The position numbers and the translations under genes were made by a program. From Alphaproteobacteria bacterium (GTDB taxonomy: Bacteria > Pseudomonadota > Alphaproteobacteria > JAJFFI01), in the NCBI GenBank assembly GCA_030066595.1, contig JASJBI010000061.1, positions 346-64,345 on the forward strand: a DNA stretch of 64,000 bases, written 5' to 3'. The notes under the pieces are model-generated. The model searched no databases and was not told the DNA's origin. It saw nothing but the letters and a program-made list of their open reading frames with translations. Positions 24,504 to 33,604 of this stretch are shown piece by piece (the first letter of the stretch is position 1; the number at the start of each line of letters is the position of its first letter).

Positions 24504-25505
24504 ATGAGCACGCTGACAGAGCTGGAGCAGGCGGCGGAGCTGGTGCACCGCCACATGACGCCGACGGCGGAGATCTCTTGGCCGCTGCTGTGCGCGCGGG
24601 CCGGCTGCACGGTCTGGGTCAAGCACGAGAACCAGACCCCGATCGGCGCCTTCAAGATCCGCGGCGGGCTGGTCTACATGGAGGCGTTGCGCCGACGCGA
24701 GCCCGACGTGACCGGCGTGATCGCCGCTACCCGGGGCAACCACGGCCAGAGCGTCGCCTTGGCCGCGCGCAAGAACGGGCTCACCGCCACCATCGTCTGC
24801 CCGCAGGGAAACAGCGTCGAGAAGAACGCCGCCATGCGGGCCTTCGGGGCCGAGCTCGTGGAGCACGGGCACGACTTTCAGGACGCGCTGGAGCACGCCC
24901 GCGCCCTGCGCGAGGAGCGCGGGCTGCACATGGTGGAATCCTTCCACCCGAACTTGGTGCTGGGCGTGGCCTCCTACAGCCTCGAGTTCCTCGCGGCGGT
25001 GGACGCGCTGGACACGGTCTATGTGCCGATCGGGCTGGGCTCCGGGATCTGCGGCATGATCGCGGCGCGCGACGCGCTCGGCCGCAAGACCAAGATCGTC
25101 GGCGTGGTCGCGGAGAACGCGCCGGCTTATGCGCTCTCCTTCGAGACCGGCGGACCGGTGTCCACCAACTCCGCCGACACCTTCGCCGACGGCGTGGCCT
25201 GCCGCAGCACGGCCCCGGCGGCGGTCGAGATCATCAACCGGGGCGCCGATCGCATCGTCAAGGTGAGCGAAGAGGAGATCGCCACGGCCATGCGCTGCTA
25301 CTACACCGACACCCACAACCTGGCGGAGGGCGCGGGCGCGGCGGCGCTGGCCGCCCTGCTGCAGGAGAAGGACAAAATGGCGGGCAAGACAGTCGGCCTG
25401 GTGCTGTCCGGCGGCAATATCGATGTAGACCTCTACCGCGCGGTGCTGGCCGGCGGCGTGCCCGCGGTTGGGACACCGGCCCCGGCCCAGCGGGCGCATG
25501 CGTGA
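24504..25505 (+). CDS. PLP-dependent serine/threonine dehydratase family protein without regulatory domain
   Basis: KHENQTPIGAFKIRGG, ATRGNHGQS, VPIGLGSG, EGAGAA and LSGGN motifs. Confidence 0.92.
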   Translation: MSTLTELEQAAELVHRHMTPTAEISWPLLCARAGCTVWVKHENQTPIGAFKIRGGLVYMEALRRREPDVTGVIAATRGNHGQSVALAARKNGLTATIVCPQGNSVEKNAAMRAFGAELVEHGHDFQDALEHARALREERGLHMVESFHPNLVLGVASYSLEFLAAVDALDTVYVPIGLGSGICGMIAARDALGRKTKIVGVVAENAPAYALSFETGGPVSTNSADTFADGVACRSTAPAAVEIINRGADRIVKVSEEEIATAMRCYYTDTHNLAEGAGAAALAALLQEKDKMAGKTVGLVLSGGNIDVDLYRAVLAGGVPAVGTPAPAQRAHA

Positions 25506-25568
25506 GGGCGGACCGGCGACGCGTATCGGCCGATTCTCTGCACTGAATGATCTGAGAGGGAGCGAGCG

Positions 25569-26282
25569 ATGACGACCGAGGAAATCTTCCGCAGCGACTC
25601 CTACGCCAAGAGCTGCGAGGCCGAGGTGGTGGCGGCCGACGCCGCCGGCATCCGCCTCGACCGCACGGTGTTCTACCCGGAAGGCGGCGGCCAGCCCGGC
25701 GATACGGGCGTGCTGCGCCTGACCGAGGGCGGCGAGATCCGCATCGTCGACACCCGCCAGGACAAGGTCTTGGGCGGCATCGTCCACATTCCGGCCGAGG
25801 GCATGGCCCTGCCCGCCCCCGGCGCCCGCGTGATCGCCGAGATCGATTGGGACCGGCGCTATCGACTCATGCGCATCCACACCTGCCTGCATCTCTTGTG
25901 CGCGGTGATCGAGGGCGACGTGACCGGCGGTTCGATCGGCGACGGCAAGGGGCGGCTCGACTTCAATCTGCCGGACACCAGCCTGGACAAAGAGCACATC
26001 ACCGCGGAGCTCAACCGGCTGATCGAAGAGGACCACGCGGTCGGACCGCGCTGGGTCGACGAATCCGAGCTCGACGCCAAGCCCGAGCTGGTGCGCACCA
26101 TGTCGGTGAAGCCGCCGCGCGGCGCGGGCCAGGTGCGGCTCTTGGACATCCCCGGCGTCGACCTGCAGCCCTGCGGCGGCACCCATGTGGCGCGCACCGG
26201 CGAGATCGGCCCCGTCGTGGTCGGCAAGATCGAGAACAAGGGCCGCCAGAACCGGCGCGTCAACATCCGCTTCGCCGACTAG
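25569..26282 (+). CDS. alaX: Stand-alone alanyl-tRNA editing protein AlaX
   Basis: TVFYPEGGGQPGD; zinc ligands HTCLH and CGGTH. Confidence 0.95.
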   Translation: MTTEEIFRSDSYAKSCEAEVVAADAAGIRLDRTVFYPEGGGQPGDTGVLRLTEGGEIRIVDTRQDKVLGGIVHIPAEGMALPAPGARVIAEIDWDRRYRLMRIHTCLHLLCAVIEGDVTGGSIGDGKGRLDFNLPDTSLDKEHITAELNRLIEEDHAVGPRWVDESELDAKPELVRTMSVKPPRGAGQVRLLDIPGVDLQPCGGTHVARTGEIGPVVVGKIENKGRQNRRVNIRFAD

Positions 26283-26453
26283 GCCCTGTTCACACCTGCC
26301 TCTGCCACATCACGGCGGCGCTCAAGGACGCCCTGGAGAGGACTGATGCGACGGCGGTTCTGTCGCGACGGGCTGCGAGCCACCCGACGTCTTCAGGCAG
26401 TCCGCGACCGATCGAGCGCACGCGACCAGTGATAGCCGTCTGTACCCTCCTGC

Positions 26454-26495
26454 TTGACAGGCTAATTCGTCATATATAGATAATTCATATATGAA
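26454..26495 (+). promoter_or_regulatory. sigma70-like promoter and palindromic operator of marR
   Basis: TTGACA at 26454, AT-rich -10 region, palindrome TTCATATATGAA (26484-26495) over the start codon. Confidence 0.55.
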
Positions 26496-26934
26496 ACGTT
26501 TTCGCATCCAGCAGAGCGGCCAGGGCGAGCAGGACCGGCAGCTCATGTTTTCCCTCGTCAACGCCGGGCGTGCCATCGAGCAACGCCTGGAAGACGCTTT
26601 GGCGGGCGTTGGGCTGTCGCTTGCGAAATTCGGCGCGTTGACGCATCTCATGGAAGCGGGCGAGCCCCTCAACCTGAGCGAATGCGCCAAGAAAATGACC
26701 TGCGTGCGCTCCAACATCACGCAGCTCATGGACCGGCTCGAGGCCGACGGCTTGGTCCGGCGCGTCGACGATCCGCAGGACCGCCGGGCGGTCAGGGCCG
26801 CGGTGACAGAGCTCGGGGCCGAGCGCCAGGCGGCCGGCGCGAAGGAGGTGGCGAAAGTGCAGGCCGCGCTGGCCGCGACGTTGAACGGCACCGACCACGG
26901 CGCACTGCAGCGCGCGCTATCGGCGATCAAGTAG
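26491..26934 (+). CDS. MarR family transcriptional regulator
   Basis: wHTH with SNITQLMDRLEADGLVRRVDDPQDRR. Confidence 0.92.
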   Translation: MKRFRIQQSGQGEQDRQLMFSLVNAGRAIEQRLEDALAGVGLSLAKFGALTHLMEAGEPLNLSECAKKMTCVRSNITQLMDRLEADGLVRRVDDPQDRRAVRAAVTELGAERQAAGAKEVAKVQAALAATLNGTDHGALQRALSAIK

Positions 26935-27100
26935 GCAACCCCCTTTTTTCGGCCGTTGATACATATATGAACAATATAGTTATGAACTTTACAGTCGAGA
27001 CCCTAATCACTTCGTCCAGCGGGGAGCTCGTTAAATGAAGCAACTGTTGGCAATCACAGTAGAGATCTGCGCGGTCCCGGTTCTCGTGATCGGGAGGGTG

Positions 27101-27208
27101 AAGGATCAGCTGTATGAATTCCTGTTCATCGCCTCCCCGCTGAGAATGCGGGGCGCGACCGCCTCGCCGATCCGGCCGCTGGCGATTCCGATCCGGCACA
27201 ACCCGTGA
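27101..27208 (+). pseudogene. 3'-terminal remnant of a cyclase (kynurenine formamidase-like) family gene
   Basis: Translates KDQLYEFLFIASPLRMRGATASPIRPLAIPIRHNP*, resembling the family C-terminal motif YEFLFxxxPLxxxGATGSPxxPxA; no gene body upstream. Confidence 0.65.
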
Positions 27209-27236
27209 AACGCTTCGCAACAGGAGAACCAATCCG

Positions 27237-27524
27237 ATGTTTATCGTCCTTCTGAAGTTCTCGGACAACAAAGGTCAAGCCGGCCAATTCATGGACGGCC
27301 ACAATGCATGGCTCCGGCGCGGTTTCGATGACGGTGTGTTCTTGTTGGCCGGGAGTCTGCAACCCGGTCTGGGCGGTGGGATCGTGGCGCACGACACGTC
27401 GCTGTCAGACTTGCAAAGCAGAGTGAATGCCGATCCCTTCGTGGCCGAGAAGGTGGTGGAAGCCGAGATCCTGGAAATCACCCCTGCAAAGGCCGATACA
27501 CGGCTGACTTTCCTGCTCGATTGA
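27237..27524 (+). CDS. YCII-related protein
   Basis: MFIVLLKF, GHNAWL, GVFLLAGS and DPFV pattern; AGGAG RBS. Confidence 0.85.
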   Translation: MFIVLLKFSDNKGQAGQFMDGHNAWLRRGFDDGVFLLAGSLQPGLGGGIVAHDTSLSDLQSRVNADPFVAEKVVEAEILEITPAKADTRLTFLLD

Positions 27525-27599
27525 GCAATCCGCCGCCCCAGGCTTTCCGGAAGACGATCGGCAAGCCTGGGGCGGCAATGAGCGAGGGACAATGGCCAT

Positions 27600-28211
27600 A
27601 TGAGCGCGACAATAGCGGGACCCGACGGGAAATTGCGTTGCCGCTGGTGCGCCGCCGCGCCGGAATTTCTCGACTATCACGATACCGAATGGGGTTTCCC
27701 GGTCAGCGACGATCATCGCCTGTTCGAGAAACTGTGTCTGGAGGGTTTTCAATCCGGACTGAGCTGGCGCACCATCCTCGCCAAGCGCGAGAACTTCCGG
27801 GCTGCGTTCGATAATTTCGACTTCGACAGGGTCGCCCGCTTCACCGATCGCGACCGCGATCGCCTGCTCGAAGACGAAGGGATCGTCCGCCACCGCGGCA
27901 AGATCGAGGCGGTCATCAACAATGCGCGACGGGCCCGGGAATGCGTCAAACAGGAAGGCTCGCTGGCGGCCTTCCTCTGGCGTTACGAGCCTAAAGCCGA
28001 GCAGCTTGCAAAACCGCAGACTGCATCGACCTCGGCGGCGTCGACCGCGCTCTCGAAGGACCTGAAGAAGCGCGGCTGGAAGTTCGTCGGGCCCACGACG
28101 GTCTATGCCTTCATGCAGGCGATGGGGCTGATCAACGATCATGTCGAGGACTGCGTGATCCGAGCCAAGGTTGAACGCGCGCGCAAGAGCTTCACCCGGC
28201 CAGGGAGCTGA
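27600..28211 (+). CDS. tag: DNA-3-methyladenine glycosylase I
   Basis: RCRW, YHDTEWG, LEGFQSGLSW, FVGPTT and NDHVEDC motifs. Confidence 0.96.
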   Translation: MSATIAGPDGKLRCRWCAAAPEFLDYHDTEWGFPVSDDHRLFEKLCLEGFQSGLSWRTILAKRENFRAAFDNFDFDRVARFTDRDRDRLLEDEGIVRHRGKIEAVINNARRARECVKQEGSLAAFLWRYEPKAEQLAKPQTASTSAASTALSKDLKKRGWKFVGPTTVYAFMQAMGLINDHVEDCVIRAKVERARKSFTRPGS

Positions 28212-28318
28212 GGGTCCGTTCAATCCCCTGATCGTAAGCAGTGCCTAGTCTGTCTTGCGGCGCCAACCGCAGCGCCCGCGCTTGCGTTGCCGCCGTGCGT
28301 CGGACATGACTCCGGCCC

Positions 28319-29563
28319 ATGAGGATTTTGGTCTGCGCCGCGGGCAGTTACGGCGACATCTTTCCCTTTGTCGGACTGGGCCGGGCCCTGCGGCTGCGCG
28401 GGCACGAGGTGCTGTTTCTGGCCAACCCGTTCTTCCGGGACGTCGTCGAGGCGGAGGGGCTTGAGCTTGTCCCAGTGGGGGATGTCGCGTCCTTCCGAGC
28501 GAATCTCGAGGACCCGGACCTCTGGGACCTCAAGCGCGGACCGGCACTGGTGCTGGACGCCGTCATGCGGCATGTGCCGGAGGCCTACGAGACGATGCGC
28601 GGACTGCTCCGGCGGGGTGAGACCGTTCTCGTCGCCTCAACGCTCGCCTTCCCGGCGCGTCTGCTTCAGGAATCCCACGGCGTTCCGCTGGCGACGGTTC
28701 ACCTCGCACCCGGCCTGTTTCGCTCGGCGCGGGACCCGGTCCATTTTCCCTTCGCCTCCATTCCCGAGCGGGCGCCGGGCTGGCTCAAGCGCGGGCTCTA
28801 TTGGTTGACGGATCGTCTGATGATCGACCCGCTCATCGCCCCCAAGCTGAATGCCTACCGCTCGACCCTCGGCCTGCCACCGGTGCGTCGGATCTTCCAC
28901 GACTGGATGCATTCGCCCGACCTGGTGATCGGGATGTTCCCGGACCGCTTCGCCCCGCCGCGGGATGATTGGCCGGCCCAGACCCGCCTGACGGGGTTCC
29001 CGCTCTATGACGCGGCGGCGCACGAGCCGATGCCCACGGCGGTGGCTGCATTTCTCGCCGACGGTCCGCCGCCGGTCCTGTTCGCGCCGGGCACCGCCAA
29101 TACGGTCGCGGAAGACTTTTTTCGCGCGTCCTTGGCGGCCTGCGAGCGGGCCGGCCTGCGGGCGCTGTTGGTGACGCGCTACGCCGATCAAGTGCCCACC
29201 CCACTGCCCCCATGGGCGATGCACGCGCACTATGTGCCGTTTTCCCAGGCCCTGCCGGGCATGCACGGCTTCGTCCATCACGGCGGGATCGGCACGCTGA
29301 GCCAGGGGCTGCACGCGGGCGTGCCGCAGATCATTCGGCCGGTCGCCTTCGATCAGTTCGACAACGCGGCCCGGGCGCGCGCGCTCGGCGTGGCAGAGGT
29401 CATCTTGCCGCGACACTATGAGGCCGATACCGTCGCGGGCGCGTTGCGGCGTGCGGCCGCCCCCGACAGACGGCAAGCCAGCGCCGATCTTGCCAACGCG
29501 CTTGCCGGCACGTCCGACTTGTCGGAGGCCGCCCGGCTGATCGAGGCACTCGGGCATGGCTGA
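28319..29563 (+). CDS. GT1 family glycosyltransferase (RhlB-like)
   Basis: GSYGDIFPFVGLG, HHGGIGT and FDQFDNA motifs. Confidence 0.9.
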   Translation: MRILVCAAGSYGDIFPFVGLGRALRLRGHEVLFLANPFFRDVVEAEGLELVPVGDVASFRANLEDPDLWDLKRGPALVLDAVMRHVPEAYETMRGLLRRGETVLVASTLAFPARLLQESHGVPLATVHLAPGLFRSARDPVHFPFASIPERAPGWLKRGLYWLTDRLMIDPLIAPKLNAYRSTLGLPPVRRIFHDWMHSPDLVIGMFPDRFAPPRDDWPAQTRLTGFPLYDAAAHEPMPTAVAAFLADGPPPVLFAPGTANTVAEDFFRASLAACERAGLRALLVTRYADQVPTPLPPWAMHAHYVPFSQALPGMHGFVHHGGIGTLSQGLHAGVPQIIRPVAFDQFDNAARARALGVAEVILPRHYEADTVAGALRRAAAPDRRQASADLANALAGTSDLSEAARLIEALGHG

Positions 29564-29652
29564 GCGGGCGGGCGCTATGCGCACCTATCCGCACATCGGC
29601 ATCCAATCCCTTGAAAAGGCTCCGATAGTCCTGGTCAAGATCATCAAGTGAT

Positions 29653-30555
29653 CTAGATATGCCGGGCAATGGCGACGGCGACGGCGGATCCGGCGCCCAC
29701 CATCCGGCACCAGGCCCTGGCAAACGCGCCGGGTGAGCCGTCGCAGGCCTGCCGCGCCTCGTCGCGGTGGCGCGCCTCGTCCTGGCGGCAGCGCTCCAAA
29801 AGGGACCGGACCTCCGCATGGCTGCCCTCTCGCGACAATCGGTCCACCTGGGCGGCGTAGTGGCGGTCGACGAAGGTCTCGACCGCAGCAATCGTGGCGA
29901 ACACCGCCCGGCCACCGAATAGAGCGGGCATGGCGCCGGTCAGGAACCCGGCCAGCCGCCAAAGGGGCAGCAGGGCGCTCCGCGACCGCGCCGGAAGGAT
30001 CGTCTCGATCAGCGCGAGATGGTCCTGCTCGGTCTTGAGGTGGGCTGAGGCGAAGGTCCGGAGTGTCGCCGAGCGGGAGACGGCAAGGATGCCCCGGTAG
30101 ATGGCGATGGCGCCGGTCTCGCCCGCGTGATCGGAGCGAAGCTCACGGACGAGCCAGGGTGGAAAGGCGCCGCGAGCCGAGGGCTGGCGTGCCCGGGCGA
30201 ACGCCTGCAGCCGGGGGCGAACGCGGAGAAAGAGGGTGTAGCCATGGTTCAAGACCCAGACGAGCGGTCGCGCCTGGAAGACGCGCCCGACCACGCGAAA
30301 GCCTGGCAGCGCCGCCCAAAGGCTGGCGAAGGCCTCGCCGCCGGAAACGAGCCGTCCCTCGGCATCCCGTACATGGAACCGGGCGAGCGCCTGTTCCCTC
30401 GACAGGCCTGGCGCGATCTCGGTCCCGCGCGCACGGCTGACGTCGATCCAGGAGATGCGCTCGGCACCCCGGCGCCGCCGATAGAACGAGATTTCCCGTT
30501 CGCAGACGGGGCAGGCCCCATCATAGAAAACCGTGAGCTTTGCGGTATTCGGCAT
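29653..30555 (-). CDS. Fusion of a DCC1/DUF393 thioredoxin-like domain and a COQ7-like (demethoxyubiquinone hydroxylase family) di-iron domain
   Basis: N-terminal VFYDGACPVCEREI (DxxCxxC); C-terminal RSDHAGETGA, EQDH, VETFVDRHY, DEARH (E/ExxH/E/ExxH); one continuous frame. Confidence 0.88.
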   Translation of the reverse strand: MPNTAKLTVFYDGACPVCEREISFYRRRRGAERISWIDVSRARGTEIAPGLSREQALARFHVRDAEGRLVSGGEAFASLWAALPGFRVVGRVFQARPLVWVLNHGYTLFLRVRPRLQAFARARQPSARGAFPPWLVRELRSDHAGETGAIAIYRGILAVSRSATLRTFASAHLKTEQDHLALIETILPARSRSALLPLWRLAGFLTGAMPALFGGRAVFATIAAVETFVDRHYAAQVDRLSREGSHAEVRSLLERCRQDEARHRDEARQACDGSPGAFARAWCRMVGAGSAVAVAIARHI

Positions 30556-30611
30556 TCGGGCAAGCGCTCGGGTTTCGCTCTCTCGGTTGCTGGATTGTTG
30601 TCTGATCTTAG

Positions 30612-30637
30612 TACGTTGGTGCCAGCGCCGCAGATCG
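30612..30637 (-). promoter_or_regulatory. sigmaE (ECF11)-like promoter facing the DCC-COQ7 fusion
   Basis: Minus strand CGATC-N17-CGTA, one mismatch to TGATC-N17-CGTA, about 57 nt before ATG 30555. Confidence 0.5.
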
Positions 30638-30729
30638 CATCTGTTCGGCGCACGGTCGGCGGACCCCGAGCACCCGTTTGCAGCAAGAGAGACGGAAACG
30701 GCCCCCGACGCCCCGTTCACCTGCTCTCC

Positions 30730-30755
30730 TGATCTGGGCGCGGGCCCGACGCGTA
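30730..30755 (+). promoter_or_regulatory. sigmaE (ECF11)-like promoter facing folE
   Basis: TGATC(30730)-N17-CGTA(30752), 66 nt before the folE ATG. Confidence 0.6.
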
Positions 30756-30821
30756 CGACTCTGTGATCCACCGGCGGCAGAGAGCCACCCGCCTGCCTCA
30801 CCAACTGTTTCGAGGACCGCG

Positions 30822-31460
30822 ATGCCTTACGACTGCACTGAACCCGCACCGGTGCCAGACCAAACTGCGGACGCGCCGTCGGTCAAGCCCAACCGTCCCG
30901 GCACGGCGGCGGCCGAAGCCGCAGTCCGTACCCTGCTCGCCTTCGCCGGCGACGATCCGACGCGCGAAGGGCTCCTGGACACCCCGTCGCGGGTGGCCCG
31001 CGCCTACCAAGAGATGTTCGCAGGCTACGAAGTCGACCCGCACGCCTTTCTCGAACGCACATTTTCCGAGACCGACGGCTACGACGAGATGGTGGTGATG
31101 CGGGACATCGCCTTCGTGAGCCACTGCGAGCACCACATGCTTCCGTTCATCGGCTCCGCGCATGTCGCTTATCTGCCCGACCGCCGCGTCGTCGGCATCA
31201 GCAAGCTGGCTCGCGTCGTCGACGCCTTCGCCCGGCGCCTCCAGATCCAGGAGAAGCTGACCGTGCAGATCGCCGATGCGATCGATACCGTGCTCGAGCC
31301 GCACGGCGTCGGCGTCGTGCTGAGGGCCCAGCACCAATGCATGACTCTGCGCGGGGTGGGCAAGCCGGGCGTATCCATGGTGACCAGCCGCATGACCGGG
31401 GCGTTCCGCGAAAACCCGGCGACCCGCCGCGAATTCCTTGCCATGATCGGCGAAGCGTGA
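30822..31460 (+). CDS. folE: GTP cyclohydrolase I (type 1)
   Basis: [35 protein letters not shown] and HQCMTLRG motifs; GAGGA RBS. Confidence 0.97.
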   Translation: MPYDCTEPAPVPDQTADAPSVKPNRPGTAAAEAAVRTLLAFAGDDPTREGLLDTPSRVARAYQEMFAGYEVDPHAFLERTFSETDGYDEMVVMRDIAFVSHCEHHMLPFIGSAHVAYLPDRRVVGISKLARVVDAFARRLQIQEKLTVQIADAIDTVLEPHGVGVVLRAQHQCMTLRGVGKPGVSMVTSRMTGAFRENPATRREFLAMIGEA

Positions 31461-31515
31461 GGCATCGCCCGCATTGGCGCGGGCGGGCTGCGCCCAGGCG
31501 TCGATGAGGTTGCAG

Positions 31516-31905
31516 ATGATTACCGTCACCCCGATTTATGCCGGACTGCTCGGCCTGTTCTACATCGTGCTCGCGAGCAACGTGATCCGGACCCGCCACA
31601 CAACGGGCGTCAATCTGGGCCATGGCGACGAGCCGCTGCTCGAGCGGCGCATCCGGGCGCATGGCAATTTCGCAGAGTACGCGCCGATTGCTCTGTTGCT
31701 CATCGCTCTCGCCGAGGCCGGCGGCGTGGCGGACTGGGCGATCCACGCGCTTGGCGTGGCACTGCTCCTCGGCCGCGGGATGCATGGCTATGCGCTCTCC
31801 TCGCTCACGCTCCGGCCCATAGCCCGGACCGCCGGCATGGCGATCACGCTCACCGTGATCGGGTTTGCCGCGGCCGCCTGCCTGACCGTGGCGATCTCCT
31901 CGTAA
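31516..31905 (+). CDS. MAPEG family membrane protein
   Basis: IRAHGNFAEYAP and GRGMH motifs; 3-4 TMs. Confidence 0.9.
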   Translation: MITVTPIYAGLLGLFYIVLASNVIRTRHTTGVNLGHGDEPLLERRIRAHGNFAEYAPIALLLIALAEAGGVADWAIHALGVALLLGRGMHGYALSSLTLRPIARTAGMAITLTVIGFAAAACLTVAISS

Positions 31906-31921
31906 ATGGCGTGAACAGCGG

Positions 31922-32542
31922 CTACTGATTTTCCGTACTGCGCAAGGCCATGCCGATGCGCCGGAGCGTTTCGGGGATCGCTGCGTCCAGCACCTCCCGC
32001 GACAGATCCAGCTTCTCGGCCGCGTCGGACTGCAGGATGCTCGACAGGCCGTGAATGGTGGACCAGATGAAGAGCGCGTCCAGGTCCGTGCGCCCCGCGC
32101 TGTCCTGGTCTGGGCGCCGGTCGGGCAGCTGGGCTATGGCGTCCTGCAGAAGGGAGAAGGCGTGCCGGGCCTTCTGCATCATGTCGGGATGCTGCTCCGG
32201 GTCGGGCAACGGCGTGCCGAACATGAGGCGGTACTGGAGCGGGTGCGCCTGCGCATAGCTGAGATAGGCGCGGCCCATTTCCCCGAGATCAAGGTAGGGA
32301 TCGCCGGTGCGCGGCCGTTCGTCGAGATGCCGGGCAAAAGTCTCGAAGGCCCGGGCGACGATCTCCGCCAGGATGTGATCCCGGCTCTCGAAATGCTTGT
32401 AGGGCGCCTGGTGCGACACGCCGAGCCGGCGTGCGACCTCCCGAAGGCTCAGCCGCTCGACGCCCGCGGTCTCGATGATCGCCAGCGCCTCCTGGATGCA
32501 GGCCTCGCGCAGGTCGCGGGATCTTGCTTTTCGAACAGCCAT
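31922..32542 (-). CDS. TetR/AcrR family regulator (WHG-type C-terminal domain)
   Basis: LSLREVARRLGVSHQAPYKHF, YRLMFG and WSTIHGL motifs. Confidence 0.93.
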   Translation of the reverse strand: MAVRKARSRDLREACIQEALAIIETAGVERLSLREVARRLGVSHQAPYKHFESRDHILAEIVARAFETFARHLDERPRTGDPYLDLGEMGRAYLSYAQAHPLQYRLMFGTPLPDPEQHPDMMQKARHAFSLLQDAIAQLPDRRPDQDSAGRTDLDALFIWSTIHGLSSILQSDAAEKLDLSREVLDAAIPETLRRIGMALRSTENQ

Positions 32543-32600
32543 TCGCGGCACCGTAATTCAGCCGCGAAAACCCGTCGAGTCCGAGGCCCGTTGGAAACTG

Positions 32601-33080
32601 CTAGTACTGCCGGCTGCCTGAGTCCAAGAGCTCCAGCGCGCGCTCCCAGGAGATCGGGATGTCCTCGCGATCGATCGCCACCCGGGCGAAACGCGCGGCC
32701 TCGAGCGCCCCGCCCGCCTCTCGAATGGCGGTCTGATGCGCCGCACTCTCGACAAACGCGATCAGGCTCGCTTCGTCGGCCCAGACGGTCATCGTCCAGG
32801 CCTGGTTGCCGAAGAGCTGCCTGCGCATCGCGTACCCAACCAAGCCCTCCCGCCCCTCGAGTGAGGCCTCGACCCGGCCGACGTTCGCCCAGAAAACCGG
32901 GCGCCTTTCGCCATCTGCGCGCAAGACGGCCTCGGTCAGGGAAACGACGACCTTGCCCTCACCCTCCAGGGTGACGCCCTTGTTGGGGTCGTAGCCGGGT
33001 CCGCGAAAGGGTGTGGAGATGGCGCACCCGCCCAGGACGAACGCGCACAGGGCTGCGACGGAAAGACGGAGCGTGGCCAT
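32601..33080 (-). CDS. Putative lipoprotein with a dimeric alpha+beta barrel (ABM/DUF3291-like) domain
   Basis: Lipobox LGGC; AWTMTVWADEASLIAFVESAAHQTAI resembles the ABM/DUF3291 W...F...H pattern. Confidence 0.7.
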   Translation of the reverse strand: MATLRLSVAALCAFVLGGCAISTPFRGPGYDPNKGVTLEGEGKVVVSLTEAVLRADGERRPVFWANVGRVEASLEGREGLVGYAMRRQLFGNQAWTMTVWADEASLIAFVESAAHQTAIREAGGALEAARFARVAIDREDIPISWERALELLDSGSRQY

Positions 33081-33128
33081 GCGCGATCCCCTAGGCGCTC
33101 CGTCGGGCGGGCGGGTTTCGGCCGGGCG

Positions 33129-33590
33129 TCATCGCGCCAGCCGCACCTCGAGGCGCACGGCCCCGCCCTCGGCCAGCTGGAACGCCGCCTCCTCGAAGCG
33201 CGGAGCGCGAAAGGTCGGACGGACGTTATTCGACACGCCCCAGGCCTCCTCGGGGATCCCGAGAAAGTTGGTGTCCGTCTTGCGATTTCCGTTGAGATCG
33301 TGCGAGACCGCGACCGCGTACCAGCCCGAGGTCAGGCCCTCGAAGCGACACTCCGCGCCCCCGCGCTGAACGTCGAGCCACACGGTTGTGGCCCTCGACG
33401 CGTCGAGCGGGAAGCCGTCCGGAGCGGCGAACAGCGCGCAGCCGATCTGTCCGCTATCGGTCTCGGCACCGGAGATGACAGCGGTGATGTCTCCGGTCAG
33501 GGCGGGCCCGGCGTCGGATGCAACGGCGGATCCCGGTACGGCGAGCGCCAGGACAGGGACGAGCTTTCGGGCAACAGCGGCGGCAAACAT
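33129..33590 (-). CDS. DUF2141 family exported protein
   Basis: Signal peptide; GWYAVAVSHDLNGNRKTDTNFLGIPEEAWGVSNN and PRFEEAAF motifs. Confidence 0.9.
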   Translation of the reverse strand: MFAAAVARKLVPVLALAVPGSAVASDAGPALTGDITAVISGAETDSGQIGCALFAAPDGFPLDASRATTVWLDVQRGGAECRFEGLTSGWYAVAVSHDLNGNRKTDTNFLGIPEEAWGVSNNVRPTFRAPRFEEAAFQLAEGGAVRLEVRLAR

Positions 33591-33604
33591 GTCACGACTC
33601 CCTG

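Noticed and set aside
30710..30770. Possible folE-motif (THF-II) riboswitch upstream of folE (CCGTTCA...GTACG)
   Set aside because: The resemblance is only partial, it does not abut the RBS/start (about 65 nt away), and the same bases fit an ECF11-like promoter better. An Infernal search would settle it.
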